The translations under genes were made by a program, and so were the position numbers. Shown piece by piece: positions 19,043 to 28,915 of a stretch of DNA of 64,000 nucleotides; the first letter of the stretch is position 1; the number at the start of each line of letters is the position of its first letter. The notes beneath the pieces were generated by a model. It did no database searches and was not told the origin of the DNA. It was given only the letters and a program-made list of their open reading frames with translations. The stretch is from Cyanobacteriota bacterium (GTDB lineage: Bacteria > Cyanobacteriota > Cyanobacteriia > PCC-6307 > Cyanobiaceae). The DNA lies in the NCBI GenBank assembly GCA_046309395.1, contig JBKCPG010000120.1, positions 10-64,009 of the forward strand, read 5' to 3'.

Positions 19043-20719
19043 TTGCGCACCCAAAATGTTGGCTTGCTGATTCCCCGACTCTTCTCGTCCGCGACGTTCT
19101 GGGGCCTCCTCATCGGCGCCAATGTCCTTGTCCTCAAGGTCGCCGCCCAGGAGGTCTCCCCCGCCGTCCGACCCGTTCGTCCCGCTGAGGCCGAAGTCGC
19201 CGCCTGGTTTGAGCGGAACCGCGATCGCCCCACAAGGATCAGGGCCTTTGTGCAACGCATGCCCAAGGGGGGAGATATTCACTCCCATCTGAGCGGAGCC
19301 GTGTATGCCGAACACTATTTGAATTGGGCCGCGGCTGATGGGTTTTGTGTCGACCCATCCGGCCCGGCGTTGGTGCAACCGAGTGGCTGCGGGACCAACC
19401 CCAGGTATTTCCCCGCCTCAGATCTGTTTAAAAAAACCTCCACCTATGATGCGTTGATCAATCTGTGGTCCACTCGTAATCTTGCCTTCGCCGGCCGTTC
19501 CGGCCACGACAGATTCTTTGAGGCATTTGCGGGCTTCGAGCTGATTTCCTCCTCCCTCTCACGTCAAGATGACATGGTGGCCGAGGTTGCCAATCGTGCC
19601 GCCTCGCAGCATATTTCCTATTTGGAGTTGCTGCTGACGGTGAAGGGCGGCGAGGCGCGACAGCTGGGGCGCTCTGTGGGTTGGACGGGGAATTTCGCTG
19701 AATCGCGTCAGCGGTTGCTCGACTCGGGCCTGATGAATTTGGTGGCCCAGGGTCGCCAGGATCTCGACACCATCAACCGTGAACTGGCGCGCGCATTGCG
19801 CTGTGGAACGCCTGAGGCTCAGCCTGGCTGTGGGGTGACGGTTCGTTTTCTGCAGCAGACGGTTCGCACGCGCCAGCCTGAGGAAGTGTTCGCTCAATTG
19901 GTCTATGCCTTTGAGCTGGCCAAGGCCTCCCCCAGCGTGGTTGGCATCAATTTGGTCGCGCCTGAAGACAACCCTGTGGCATTGCGTGATTATACATTGC
20001 AGATGAAAATGATTCAATTTCTTAAGGCGCGACATCCTGAGGTGAAGGTGTCCCTCCATGCGGGGGAATTGAATCTTGGTTTGGTCCCTCCCGAGGATTT
20101 GCGCTTCCACATCCGTCAGGCGGTTGAACTTGCCCAAGCCAGCCGCATTGGTCATGGAGCCGGCATCATGTTTGAAGATCAGCCTTTCCAGCTGATGGAA
20201 GCCATGCGTCGTCGGGGCGTGCTCGTTGAAATCTGTCTCACCAGCAATGAGGTGATTCTGAATATGAAGGGCGATCAGCACCCCTTTCTTGATTACAAGC
20301 AAGCCGGGGTGCCCATGGCGCTCGCCTCCGATGATGAAGGCATCTCCCGCGTTGACCTCAGCAATGAGTACCTGTTGGCCGCGACGCGTTACGACTTGGG
20401 GTATTCCGAGTTGAAAGATTTAGCGCGCAACAGCTTGGAATATAGTTTTCTCCAGGGGGAAAGCCTGTGGCAATCCCCAGCCTATGCCAGCATCAAGCCC
20501 GTTTGCGCTGAGGACATTCCCGGCCAAGAACGCCTCTCCCCCCGCTGCGCCAACTTCCTGGCGGTCAATGATCGCGCCAAGGTCCAATGGACACTGGAGA
20601 GCAAGTTCGCCGCCTTTGAGGCGACGCCCAGCTTCCGCTCCCCAGGCGCGACGCGACGGCGTCTGGCGGCGCCAACGCGGCCCGACCAGCGCTGCGTCGT
20701 TCGCTGCCCCGACCGGTGA
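19043..20719 (+). CDS. Adenosine/AMP deaminase family protein with N-terminal signal-like segment
   Basis: MPKGGDIHSHLSG, LHAGEL, RIGHG, EICLTSN, ASDDEG motifs; hydrophobic N-terminus ending VAAQE; TTG start. Confidence 0.88.
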   Translation: MRTQNVGLLIPRLFSSATFWGLLIGANVLVLKVAAQEVSPAVRPVRPAEAEVAAWFERNRDRPTRIRAFVQRMPKGGDIHSHLSGAVYAEHYLNWAAADGFCVDPSGPALVQPSGCGTNPRYFPASDLFKKTSTYDALINLWSTRNLAFAGRSGHDRFFEAFAGFELISSSLSRQDDMVAEVANRAASQHISYLELLLTVKGGEARQLGRSVGWTGNFAESRQRLLDSGLMNLVAQGRQDLDTINRELARALRCGTPEAQPGCGVTVRFLQQTVRTRQPEEVFAQLVYAFELAKASPSVVGINLVAPEDNPVALRDYTLQMKMIQFLKARHPEVKVSLHAGELNLGLVPPEDLRFHIRQAVELAQASRIGHGAGIMFEDQPFQLMEAMRRRGVLVEICLTSNEVILNMKGDQHPFLDYKQAGVPMALASDDEGISRVDLSNEYLLAATRYDLGYSELKDLARNSLEYSFLQGESLWQSPAYASIKPVCAEDIPGQERLSPRCANFLAVNDRAKVQWTLESKFAAFEATPSFRSPGATRRRLAAPTRPDQRCVVRCPDR

Positions 20720-20739
20720 GGCCCATCCCGCCCGCCGAC

Positions 20740-21285
20740 TCATGCCCCCGCGGGTGGATCCGGCGATTCCCGCAGCCTGGGGAGCAGCCGCGCCAGGTTG
20801 CATGGCTGGGTCTCGGCGTTGAGTTGGGCTCCGATCAGCCGATCCCAGGCCGTTTCCACCGCGTCGAGGGAGCCTGGCAGCACGAAGATCAGCGTGCCGT
20901 TGGCCACCCCGGCCAGACAGCGACTCTGCAGGGCGCTGGTGCCAATCGTCTCGAAGGAGAGCACCCGAAACAGCTCTCCGAAGCCCTCGATGGTCTTGTC
21001 GAGCAGGGGGGCCACCGCCTCTGGGGTGCCATCGCGGCCGGTCAGGCCCGTGCCGCCGCTGCTGATCACCACCCGCACCTCCGGATCGGCGATCCAGCGG
21101 CTCACCTCGGCGCGGATGCGGTAACGGTCGTCGGGCACGATCACCCGTTCCCGCAGGTGATGCCCCGCGGCCTCCAGTCGCACCCGAAGGGCGTCGCCGG
21201 AGTGGTCGTCGGCCAGGGTGCGGGTGTCCGACACCGTGAGCAGGGCAATGGCGAGGGACACAGGGGACGGCGGGGCTGGAGCCAT
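20740..21285 (-). CDS. moaB: Molybdenum cofactor biosynthesis protein B
   Basis: LTVSDTR...DDHSG, SSGGTGLTGRDGTPEA, GFGELFR, LPGS. Confidence 0.93.
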   Translation of the reverse strand: MAPAPPSPVSLAIALLTVSDTRTLADDHSGDALRVRLEAAGHHLRERVIVPDDRYRIRAEVSRWIADPEVRVVISSGGTGLTGRDGTPEAVAPLLDKTIEGFGELFRVLSFETIGTSALQSRCLAGVANGTLIFVLPGSLDAVETAWDRLIGAQLNAETQPCNLARLLPRLRESPDPPAGA

Positions 21286-21338
21286 TGTGGGCGCGGCATG
21301 CCCTTAGGCCCCAAACTGGTGTGCGGCCACGGAAGCCA

Positions 21339-21677
21339 ATGCCCTCTCTGGATCCCTCACAGCGCCAGGCCCCACCCGTCGCCACCGTGCGGGTTCGACT
21401 GTTCGCCTCCCTGCGCGAGGCCATGGGCTGGAGCGAGCGGCTGGTGATCCCGGCGGCCCCGCGGCCCACCCCCCTGACCCTCTGGGAGGAGCTCGGTCTG
21501 GCCATCGCCTGGTCCGACACCACCGGAGCCCCCGCCGCACCTGGTCCCCCCGATCCCCATGGCGTTCGCCTTCCGGGGGGATTGCGGGTGGCGATCAACC
21601 AGCGGTTTTCCCCAGCCGATACGCCCCTGGCCGATGGGGATGAGCTGGCGTTTCTCCCGCCGATCTCCGGTGGCTGA
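21339..21677 (+). CDS. moaD: Molybdopterin synthase sulfur carrier
   Basis: VRLFASLRE...VAINQ...GDELAFLPPISGG C-terminus. Confidence 0.92.
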   Translation: MPSLDPSQRQAPPVATVRVRLFASLREAMGWSERLVIPAAPRPTPLTLWEELGLAIAWSDTTGAPAAPGPPDPHGVRLPGGLRVAINQRFSPADTPLADGDELAFLPPISGG

Positions 21678-22179
21678 CCCTGGCCTCCCTCGGATCGGTC
21701 GACCCTCCCAACCTGGCGTGGAGGTGAGCCTGCATCCCCACCCCTTCGCCCCCTTGTCGCTGGTGGAGGAGTGGCAGGCCCTCCTCCCTTTCACCCCCGA
21801 TGCCCCCCCCGCCGCCACCAGCCTCTTCATCGGCCGCGTGCGCGGCACCACGGTGGCGGGCCTGCCGCTGGAGGCCCTGGAACTGGAGCACTACCCCGGC
21901 ATGAGTGAGTCTCAGCTGCTGGAGCTGGCCCGGGCCAGCGCCGAGCGCCATGGGGTGGTGGCCGTGCGGGTGGCGCACCGGGTGGGTCGGATGATCCCTG
22001 GGGAGGCCATTGTGGTGGTGGCTGTGCTGGCCGACCGGCGCGGTCCGGCCCAGCGCTGCTCGCGGGAGCTGCTGGAGGCCCTCAAGCACGACGCCCCTTT
22101 TTGGAAACGGGAATGGAGCGAAGGGCTTGGCGCCTGGGTGCCGGGCAACACGCCCTTAGGCGAGGAAGAGGCGGACTGA
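21670..22179 (+). CDS. moaE: Molybdopterin synthase catalytic subunit
   Basis: FIGRVR, LELEHYPGM, HRVG, LKHDAPFWKRE; GTG start overlapping the moaD end is inferred. Confidence 0.92.
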   Translation: MADPGLPRIGRPSQPGVEVSLHPHPFAPLSLVEEWQALLPFTPDAPPAATSLFIGRVRGTTVAGLPLEALELEHYPGMSESQLLELARASAERHGVVAVRVAHRVGRMIPGEAIVVVAVLADRRGPAQRCSRELLEALKHDAPFWKREWSEGLGAWVPGNTPLGEEEAD

Positions 22180-22192
22180 GCCAAGCCCAACC

Positions 22193-23434
22193 TCAGAACA
22201 GCGGCAGCCTCAGGAGCTGGGCCCACAGCCACTGGCCCGCCTCCAGGGAGGTCTCCTCGGCGGGGATCTCCAGGAGCAGGTCGGCGCCCCGCAGCGAACC
22301 GATGCGGGAGGAGGCCTGGCTGCCCTCGATGCGCGCCACCAGTTCGCCCCCCTCGCCCACCACCAGCTGGGCCCGGGCCAGCTCCGGCCGCCCCGCCGCT
22401 CGCCGCATCGGGGTTTCAAGCCGCACTCGGATCCGGAGCGGGAGCTGGGGCTCAGAGCCCTCCAGGGCCTGCAGCGCCGGCCAGAGGAGCTGGAGGGCCG
22501 TGATCGCCGCCGCCACGGGGTTGCCTGGCAGTCCGAAAAACGGCTTGCCCCCCAGTTGTCCGAAGGCAAAGGGCCGTCCCGGCTTGAGAAAGAGCTTCCA
22601 GAAGGTCACGTGCCCCCGTCGGGCCACCAGCGGCCGAATCCAGTCCGCATCGCCCGAGGACACCCCGCCTGTGCTCACCACCACATCACAGCGCTCGGCC
22701 AGGTCGTCCAGGACCCGCTCCAACTCCGCCGGCTGATCGGCCACCACCCATCGCTCCGCCACCGGAAACCCCAGTCGGGCCAACAGGGCCTCCAGCAGGG
22801 TGCCATTGCTCTCCCAGACGCGACCGGGACCCCTGGGCTCGCCAGCGGGCACCAGTTCATCGCCGCTGATCAACAGCCCCACCCGCGGCCGGGGGCGCAC
22901 CGCCAGCGCGGCCACGCCACCGCTGGCCAGCCTGGCCAGATCGGCTGGGCCCAGCCGCGCTCCCGGGTGGAGCAGCACCTCTCCGGGGGCCGCTTCCTCG
23001 TCGGGGGGACGGATCCAGGCGTTCGATCCGATCTCGCCGCTGAGCAGAAGGGTGGCGTCGTCCCGGCTGATCAGCTCCTGGGGCACAACGCGGTTGGCCA
23101 TCTCCGGCAAGGGGGCTCCCGTCAGGATGCGCACGGCTTCTCCGGGGCCCAGTTCCCCGGTGAACGGGGCGCCAGGGGCGGCAAGGCCCACCAGCCGCCA
23201 CTGGCTGCCCGGGGGCGGTGGCGCCTCGCCGCTGATGGCATAGCCGTCCATGATCGAGGCTCGAAAACCCGGCACCGCCTCGCTGGCCTGGCAACGTTCG
23301 GCACTCACCCGTCCCAGACAGGCCGCCAAAGGAAGCCGTTCGCTGCCCACCAGAGGAGTGAGGGCGTCCAGCACCCGCCTCCGGGCCTCGTCCAGCGGCA
23401 ATCCCTCACGGGGGAAGGGTTCCGCCATCACCAA
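22193..23434 (-). CDS. moeA: Molybdopterin molybdenumtransferase
   Basis: SIMDGYA, AVRILTGAP, SGDEL, STGGVSSGDAD, KPGRP, GLPGNP. Confidence 0.95.
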   Translation of the reverse strand: MVMAEPFPREGLPLDEARRRVLDALTPLVGSERLPLAACLGRVSAERCQASEAVPGFRASIMDGYAISGEAPPPPGSQWRLVGLAAPGAPFTGELGPGEAVRILTGAPLPEMANRVVPQELISRDDATLLLSGEIGSNAWIRPPDEEAAPGEVLLHPGARLGPADLARLASGGVAALAVRPRPRVGLLISGDELVPAGEPRGPGRVWESNGTLLEALLARLGFPVAERWVVADQPAELERVLDDLAERCDVVVSTGGVSSGDADWIRPLVARRGHVTFWKLFLKPGRPFAFGQLGGKPFFGLPGNPVAAAITALQLLWPALQALEGSEPQLPLRIRVRLETPMRRAAGRPELARAQLVVGEGGELVARIEGSQASSRIGSLRGADLLLEIPAEETSLEAGQWLWAQLLRLPLF

Positions 23435-23595
23435 GGCCTAAGGCTGGGGGCCGAGGGGTATCGGGGCCGGGAGAGCGGGCCTCGGGAGAGGGCGGACATC
23501 TGGGGGGAATGACGAAGACGTTTGGTAGGATCTTAAGGAGATGAATCCGGCGTTACAGCGCCCAATGAGTTGAGCGTTCCAAGATTGTCCATTGA

Positions 23596-24459
23596 ATGTC
23601 TGAGATAAGCCTTTTTGCCTTTGGCTTTTATCCCAACAGTCGAAATGCGTCGGCGAGTCGTGTCAGACGCCTCAACTGGCGGCTGAAGCGCTTCAAGCAA
23701 AAGATTTTTCACCGTCACAATTTTGGTGATTTTTTATCCTATCATCTTGTCGCCGCCCTCTCTCAGTCCAGGGTTCGAATTGCCCAGCAAGAGGAGCGGG
23801 GAAAATTGCTTGCCATTGGCAGCATTCTTTGGTCACTCCAAGATCAGGATGTGATTTGGGGATCGGGAGCCCACCGTGAAAACCAAGTGCCCAGCCGCTC
23901 CATCGCCAGTTGCCATGCGGTGCGCGGACCGTTGACGTTGCGTGAGTTGAAACGGGCGGGATCTGTGTCGACGGATCGCGAGCCCCTGTTCTTCGATCCC
24001 GCGATCCTTCTTCCCCTTCTCCATCCAAATCTGAAGTCACCCCTGAAAATCAAGGGACAGACATCGATTGTCCCCCATTATACAGATACGCAAAAAGTGA
24101 AGGATTGGCTGAAGGAAACTGATCAGGCCATTTCCATCATTGATCCCATGGACCATCCTTTGAAAGTGGCCCAAAAAATCGCCCAATCCGAGAGGGTCGT
24201 GTCTTCCTCTCTCCATGGCATCATTTTGGCCGATGCCTTCAATGTGCCTGTTGTTCCTTTGCGATTGGCGGGCAACAGAGAGCCAGAGTTTAAATATGTG
24301 GATTATTATGAGGGCTCGGGGCGCTCCGCTCCTCGCTTTTCCATGGATCTTCGGGAAGCTTTGGATCGAGATCCTCCGGCCTTCCAATACGCGGAGCGGG
24401 ATCTGGTTCGGTTCCTTCGCAGTTTTCCCTACCCGATGAAGGCCATCCCCGGCATCTGA
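23596..24459 (+). CDS. Polysaccharide pyruvyl transferase family protein
   Basis: NFGDFLS, AIGSIL, WGSG, VRGPLT, DPAILL, SSSLHGIILADAFNVP. Confidence 0.88.
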   Translation: MSEISLFAFGFYPNSRNASASRVRRLNWRLKRFKQKIFHRHNFGDFLSYHLVAALSQSRVRIAQQEERGKLLAIGSILWSLQDQDVIWGSGAHRENQVPSRSIASCHAVRGPLTLRELKRAGSVSTDREPLFFDPAILLPLLHPNLKSPLKIKGQTSIVPHYTDTQKVKDWLKETDQAISIIDPMDHPLKVAQKIAQSERVVSSSLHGIILADAFNVPVVPLRLAGNREPEFKYVDYYEGSGRSAPRFSMDLREALDRDPPAFQYAERDLVRFLRSFPYPMKAIPGI

Positions 24460-24469
24460 ACCCCGGCCT

Positions 24470-24991
24470 TTATTTCAAAGCGAGCGAGGTGGTGCCCTTC
24501 ATGGGATGGTGCCATACGCCGTGGCGTCCGCCTTGCTTCTCCCGAAGCCGCACCGGTCCAATGGTCATGGCGGGATCGGCGGCCTTGAGCATGTCGTAGA
24601 GGGTGAGCAGACCAATCTGCACAGCGGTGAGCGCTTCCATTTCCACACCGGTGGGTGCGGTGGTGCGGGCGCTGGCCACCAGGTGGAGGCCGCTGCCATC
24701 GGTGGCGGGCTCGATCGTCACCGACACCCCCGCCAAGGGCAGCGGGTGGCACAGGGGAATCAACTCCGAGGCGCGTTTGGCGCCCTGAATGGCCGCCACC
24801 CGTGCCACCGCGAGCACATCCCCCTTGGGGGCGAGCCCTCCCATCACCAGCGCGAGGGTGGTGGGGGCCATGGCGAGAAAGCCCTCGGCGGTGGCCTCCC
24901 GGGGGGTGGCGGGCCGGTCGGCCACGTCCACCATGCGGGCGGCGCCGTGTGAATCGAGGTGGGTGAGGGAAGGGGGCGAGGCGGAGTCCAT
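24470..24991 (-). CDS. moaC: Cyclic pyranopterin monophosphate synthase
   Basis: [40 protein letters not shown]. Confidence 0.95.
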   Translation of the reverse strand: MDSASPPSLTHLDSHGAARMVDVADRPATPREATAEGFLAMAPTTLALVMGGLAPKGDVLAVARVAAIQGAKRASELIPLCHPLPLAGVSVTIEPATDGSGLHLVASARTTAPTGVEMEALTAVQIGLLTLYDMLKAADPAMTIGPVRLREKQGGRHGVWHHPMKGTTSLALK

Positions 24992-25196
24992 GGGGGAAGG
25001 ATCGTGGACGGGAGATGTCAATCGCGCGGGCGGTGATGTTGTGTTGGCCACTCTCGCACCGCGGGCTTGCGCGGCGAGTCCTGTGAAGGATGGTCTGTCA
25101 GCATGTGTGGCAGATGCGTATCAATGTCGACGAAGAATCACTCCTGCCCCAGAAGTGATTGGAGGACTTGTGATAACATGATTTTATGATTCGGCC

Positions 25197-26846
25197 ATGG
25201 GAATGAGCCTTAAACCAGAGCACCAACATCATCACCACTATCATCACCAACATCATCACCATCAGCCACTTCATCCCCTGCTAAGAAAGGGCTGGCTTGG
25301 AATCGTCATCATTCTGTTTGTGATTTCCTATTTGATTCTCTTTGGCAGGATCGAATGGCCTGGCTTGCATGTGGATGCACCGATGTATAGCACCGCTTCG
25401 GTGAACGTGGCCCGCAATTTCGGCTGGCATTATGGGGGTTATACCGATCGTCTCCTGTGGAAGCCCGCTGGGCTGTACGACCATCATGGTGTCCTTCAGG
25501 TTATTCTCTATGGAAAGCTTCTGAAAACAGTTGATTGGCTGCGCTACAACGCGGCCAATACATTGATCAATGTCCTCACCTATCTGCTCTACACCTTCCT
25601 CCTCTCTCGCGTCTTTCGCCGCGGTTTGGGGTCGCCATCCTTGCCCCTCGCTAGTTGCGCCGCTCTCTTGCCAACCTTGCTTCAACTTGGCGTCCAGGGT
25701 CGTCCGGAGCATTTGATCACCCCGCTGATTGCTCTCCCCTATTTGGCCTACGAGCTCAGTGGCTCGGCCAAGCGGGCTTACTTGGCCAGTATTCCTATCG
25801 CTGCCCTCATTCTGTTGACGTCTCCCATGGTAGGGGTGATGTTTATCGGCCTGGTGGTTGTTCTCCTCTTGGCCCTCCATCCCCTGCGCAAGGCCCTCTT
25901 TCCCATTGCCCTGCTGGGGGGGGGGAGCACACTCTTGGCGGCCATCATCCTGTCCCTGGCAACACCCTTCAACTTGTTGGGATGGTTGAAGAATATGGCT
26001 AGTGCGTCCAAGTTATGGGTGGAGACCTTTCCACTGGAGGGCGTTCTTGCCGCCTACAAGAGTGATGTGCTGGGAGGCACGTTCCCTTCATTCGCGTGGA
26101 ACTGGTCCATTCTCTTCCTTGTCATCGTTATCATTTGCAGTCTTTTTGAACATCGAAGATGGCTGGCGCTCGCTCTGTTTGCTTTCCTTGGCTACTACAT
26201 TACAGATCGGGCTAGCGATTACAACTACATCGCATTTCTACCCCTTGCTTGGCTCGCGTTTTGCAATCTCCCGTTGACACATTCCCTCCCACCGTTGAAA
26301 TATCTTTCCAGCCGTGGACACCTGTCCCTGATCGTCATGATTACCGCCATTTATTTGGCTTGGTTTGGAACCTATGCGATCATCTCTACTTCGATTGCGC
26401 TCAGCCACACAGACGCCAGCCAGGCGCGCGCACTCCTTCAGCGGGAAATCGGCAAAGATCCACAGGTGAATGACGACAGTGCGGTGGCGTTTAAGTTTAT
26501 GCAGACTCCCTCCTTTGTGGTTTTGGGAGAGCCATTTGAAAACAAGGCGGCTCACTTTGTGGATAGTGCAGGCACTACCAAGGCGGTTTGCAACCCGGGT
26601 GAAATGCGTGAGTTCGAGCGAGTGTTTAATGTTAAATTCCGTTATTACATTCACCCATTGCACGTTTCATTCATCAATCAGGACAAATCAAAGTCTCCCC
26701 CCATGCCTCCCCAACTGTGTGTGGGCGGGGAGCGGTTTCAATTGTCGGGTGGGCCCTTCAATAAGAATGACACCCCGCTGGCGAGGTTTCTGCCCGGTCG
26801 ATTGAAGGATTATTATTCCTTTGCCCTCTATCGACGCGCGGTTTAG
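25197..26846 (+). CDS. Polytopic membrane protein, probable GT-C (ArnT/PMT-like) glycosyltransferase with N-terminal His tract
   Basis: About 10+ hydrophobic segments; acidic loop after TM1 (PGLHVDAPMY) as in GT-C enzymes; soluble C-terminal domain; adjacent to GT2/flippase operon. Confidence 0.6.
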   Translation: MGMSLKPEHQHHHHYHHQHHHHQPLHPLLRKGWLGIVIILFVISYLILFGRIEWPGLHVDAPMYSTASVNVARNFGWHYGGYTDRLLWKPAGLYDHHGVLQVILYGKLLKTVDWLRYNAANTLINVLTYLLYTFLLSRVFRRGLGSPSLPLASCAALLPTLLQLGVQGRPEHLITPLIALPYLAYELSGSAKRAYLASIPIAALILLTSPMVGVMFIGLVVVLLLALHPLRKALFPIALLGGGSTLLAAIILSLATPFNLLGWLKNMASASKLWVETFPLEGVLAAYKSDVLGGTFPSFAWNWSILFLVIVIICSLFEHRRWLALALFAFLGYYITDRASDYNYIAFLPLAWLAFCNLPLTHSLPPLKYLSSRGHLSLIVMITAIYLAWFGTYAIISTSIALSHTDASQARALLQREIGKDPQVNDDSAVAFKFMQTPSFVVLGEPFENKAAHFVDSAGTTKAVCNPGEMREFERVFNVKFRYYIHPLHVSFINQDKSKSPPMPPQLCVGGERFQLSGGPFNKNDTPLARFLPGRLKDYYSFALYRRAV

Positions 26847-26896
26847 CTGCCACGGTAAGTTCTGGTACGCCGCCAAAGTGTCGATCAGGTGGAGAC

Positions 26897-27724
26897 TCAG
26901 GGATTGAATCCACCTGTGCAGGCTTTTGCGAGACACTTAATCAGGGAAAGATTACCTTTAAAAGAGCTAATCTTGGTGGGAACTTCGCCTTCAGGATAGA
27001 TGCGGATCGCAGGATATTCAATGCATTTGTACTGGAGTTTGGGAAGGCGATAGGACAAATAGGCGAGCAATTCGTACGTGGAAAATTCTTCTCTAAAGAT
27101 CTGAACTCTCTCATCAAGCAGCGAGCGCGCACTATACGCCCTGAAGCCCTGCGTGGTATCTGTCCAGGGGAATCCTGAAGACAGCGCCAGCATGGGGGCA
27201 TGCATCAACCTGATGGCCAGGTAGCGCGACAAAGGTGTGTTTTCATGGCGCCCACCCTTGATGAAACGGGATGCCTGGACAAAGTCGTAGCCTTGATCAA
27301 TGGCCCGCACGAACTCTGGAATCGTGGCAGGGTCATCTTTGTCGTTGCCATCAATAGTGATGATTCCTCGATATCCATTGACCAGGGCAAAGGCATAAGC
27401 AACACGCAATTGCGCACTTAACTTTCCGGGGCCAAGTTTGGTGAGTAAACCGTGAACCCCGGAATCCAATAAAAACCGTTGCTCTAGGGATCCGTCTGTT
27501 GTTCCTCCATCCACAATAATGATGTCCGCAATCTCGTGAATTCGTGCGGTCCAAAGTCGCTTTACAAAATTTCGAATCCGGTTGCCCTCATTGATCACCG
27601 GGATAATTACACAATGCGGACTGGTTTTCCCTTCCCAGAAATCAACTCTGAACTCAGGAACCTTCCAATCAGGCTGGAACGCCTCGCGAATCGAGCTTTC
27701 CGTTGATGAAGGAGTGAAATCCAC
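26897..27724 (-). CDS. GT2 glycosyltransferase, Dpm1-like (polyprenyl-phosphate sugar synthase)
   Basis: IIPVINE, IIVDGGTTDG, TIDGNDKDDP, QASRF..GG, DTTQGFRAY. Confidence 0.88.
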   Translation of the reverse strand: MDFTPSSTESSIREAFQPDWKVPEFRVDFWEGKTSPHCVIIPVINEGNRIRNFVKRLWTARIHEIADIIIVDGGTTDGSLEQRFLLDSGVHGLLTKLGPGKLSAQLRVAYAFALVNGYRGIITIDGNDKDDPATIPEFVRAIDQGYDFVQASRFIKGGRHENTPLSRYLAIRLMHAPMLALSSGFPWTDTTQGFRAYSARSLLDERVQIFREEFSTYELLAYLSYRLPKLQYKCIEYPAIRIYPEGEVPTKISSFKGNLSLIKCLAKACTGGFNP

Positions 27725-27725
27725 G

Positions 27726-28082
27726 CTAGCGATAACCAGACATCAGGAGGACTACCCCTAGAATCATAAAGCCTAAGCCAAGCACCATTACAGGGCGCAA
27801 AGATTCCCCCAGAATCAACACGGATAACACCGCGACGGCCGCGATGGCTCCGGAAGTCAGCGTAGGGTGGGCGACATTCAGTGGAAAGTACCGTAATGCC
27901 AAAACATAAAGAACAAATGCTGAGCCATATAACGCAAGCCCAACCAACAGCGGCCAGTTGGTCAGAATCGCGAGGGGATGGCGTCCTGAGGGCAGTTGAT
28001 AAGGGGGCAACAGGCCGATCTTAATGAGTACGCTTGCGGAGGCATTTGAGGCAATCCCTAGCAACAACACCAACCATTTCAT
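27726..28082 (-). CDS. SMR/EamA-type 4-TM protein (ArnE/F-like flippase candidate)
   Basis: 118 aa, four TM helices, PLNVAHP and ILGE motifs; Asn at the position of EmrE Glu14. Confidence 0.8.
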   Translation of the reverse strand: MKWLVLLLGIASNASASVLIKIGLLPPYQLPSGRHPLAILTNWPLLVGLALYGSAFVLYVLALRYFPLNVAHPTLTSGAIAAVAVLSVLILGESLRPVMVLGLGFMILGVVLLMSGYR

Positions 28083-28915
28083 GGGTGAGCTTCCTTTTCA
28101 ACGCCAAGATAGTGATCTTTGGTGAAGCGGACAGACGCGGCAATGGTCTCAAGGGGAGCTGCCTCGGACGCGGTGAGCATTTCAATGGTGACAATCGCCT
28201 CAGGGAGATGGCTGGCAATCGCCGCTGAATTTGCCCGGTGGTCGCATTCGCCAAAACCTACAGGTTTGAGCTTCGGCTCACTTGCATGGACATGGCCAAT
28301 GATTGCTTGGTAGGTGGAGCAGATGAGCTCGGGGTTTTCCTGGTTCATGCACATCGAGCCCGTATCCAATTGCAACTTGAGATATGGATGATTCACTTCA
28401 GTCACCACAGCGGCTGTCTCCGGTGTGGTTGTCATAAAATTGGCACCATAATAGGAGGGGTTTGGTTCTAAACAGATGGTGACCCCGTAGGATTCGGCAA
28501 TCGTCGCAAGCTTCAAAAAAAACTCACAGGCCATCGCGAAAGCCGTACGATCATCCAGCCCTGTGCGATCCCGATTCTTGGGTGAGCCAAACACCAGACG
28601 CCTGGCATCTAACGCCTCACCAATCAAGCAAACAGAGGAAAAATGTAGCAGCATACGGTCCTGAACTTCCGTGGGGCCAAAAAGGTTTAACCCTTCAGTT
28701 CCAAAGAGAAGGGATTGCATTCCGGCAAATCGGATGCCTCTCTCCAGCCACCAGCTTTTGACAGCTTGACATACATTTAAATCGACCGCTTGGAAGTTCT
28801 TGATATATTTTCCAGGTGCCAGGTCAATCGTATCCACGTTCAAGCTTTGGAGAAGATCGGCAACCGCCGAGTCCTCCTTCACATCCCAGGCAATGTTGGA
28901 GATGGAGATTCTCAA
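28079..28915 (-). CDS. Xylose-isomerase-like TIM barrel (sugar phosphate isomerase/epimerase)
   Basis: SNIAW, LVFGSPKNR, CLEPNP, LQLDTGS, HVHASEP, TIEM. Confidence 0.85.
   Translation of the reverse strand: MRISISNIAWDVKEDSAVADLLQSLNVDTIDLAPGKYIKNFQAVDLNVCQAVKSWWLERGIRFAGMQSLLFGTEGLNLFGPTEVQDRMLLHFSSVCLIGEALDARRLVFGSPKNRDRTGLDDRTAFAMACEFFLKLATIAESYGVTICLEPNPSYYGANFMTTTPETAAVVTEVNHPYLKLQLDTGSMCMNQENPELICSTYQAIIGHVHASEPKLKPVGFGECDHRANSAAIASHLPEAIVTIEMLTASEAAPLETIAASVRFTKDHYLGVEKEAHP

Noticed and set aside
25136-25160. Dyad AATCACT-N11-AGTGATT upstream of the GT-C-like gene
   Set aside because: A single 7-bp dyad with no second copy or recognisable regulator; chance cannot be excluded.
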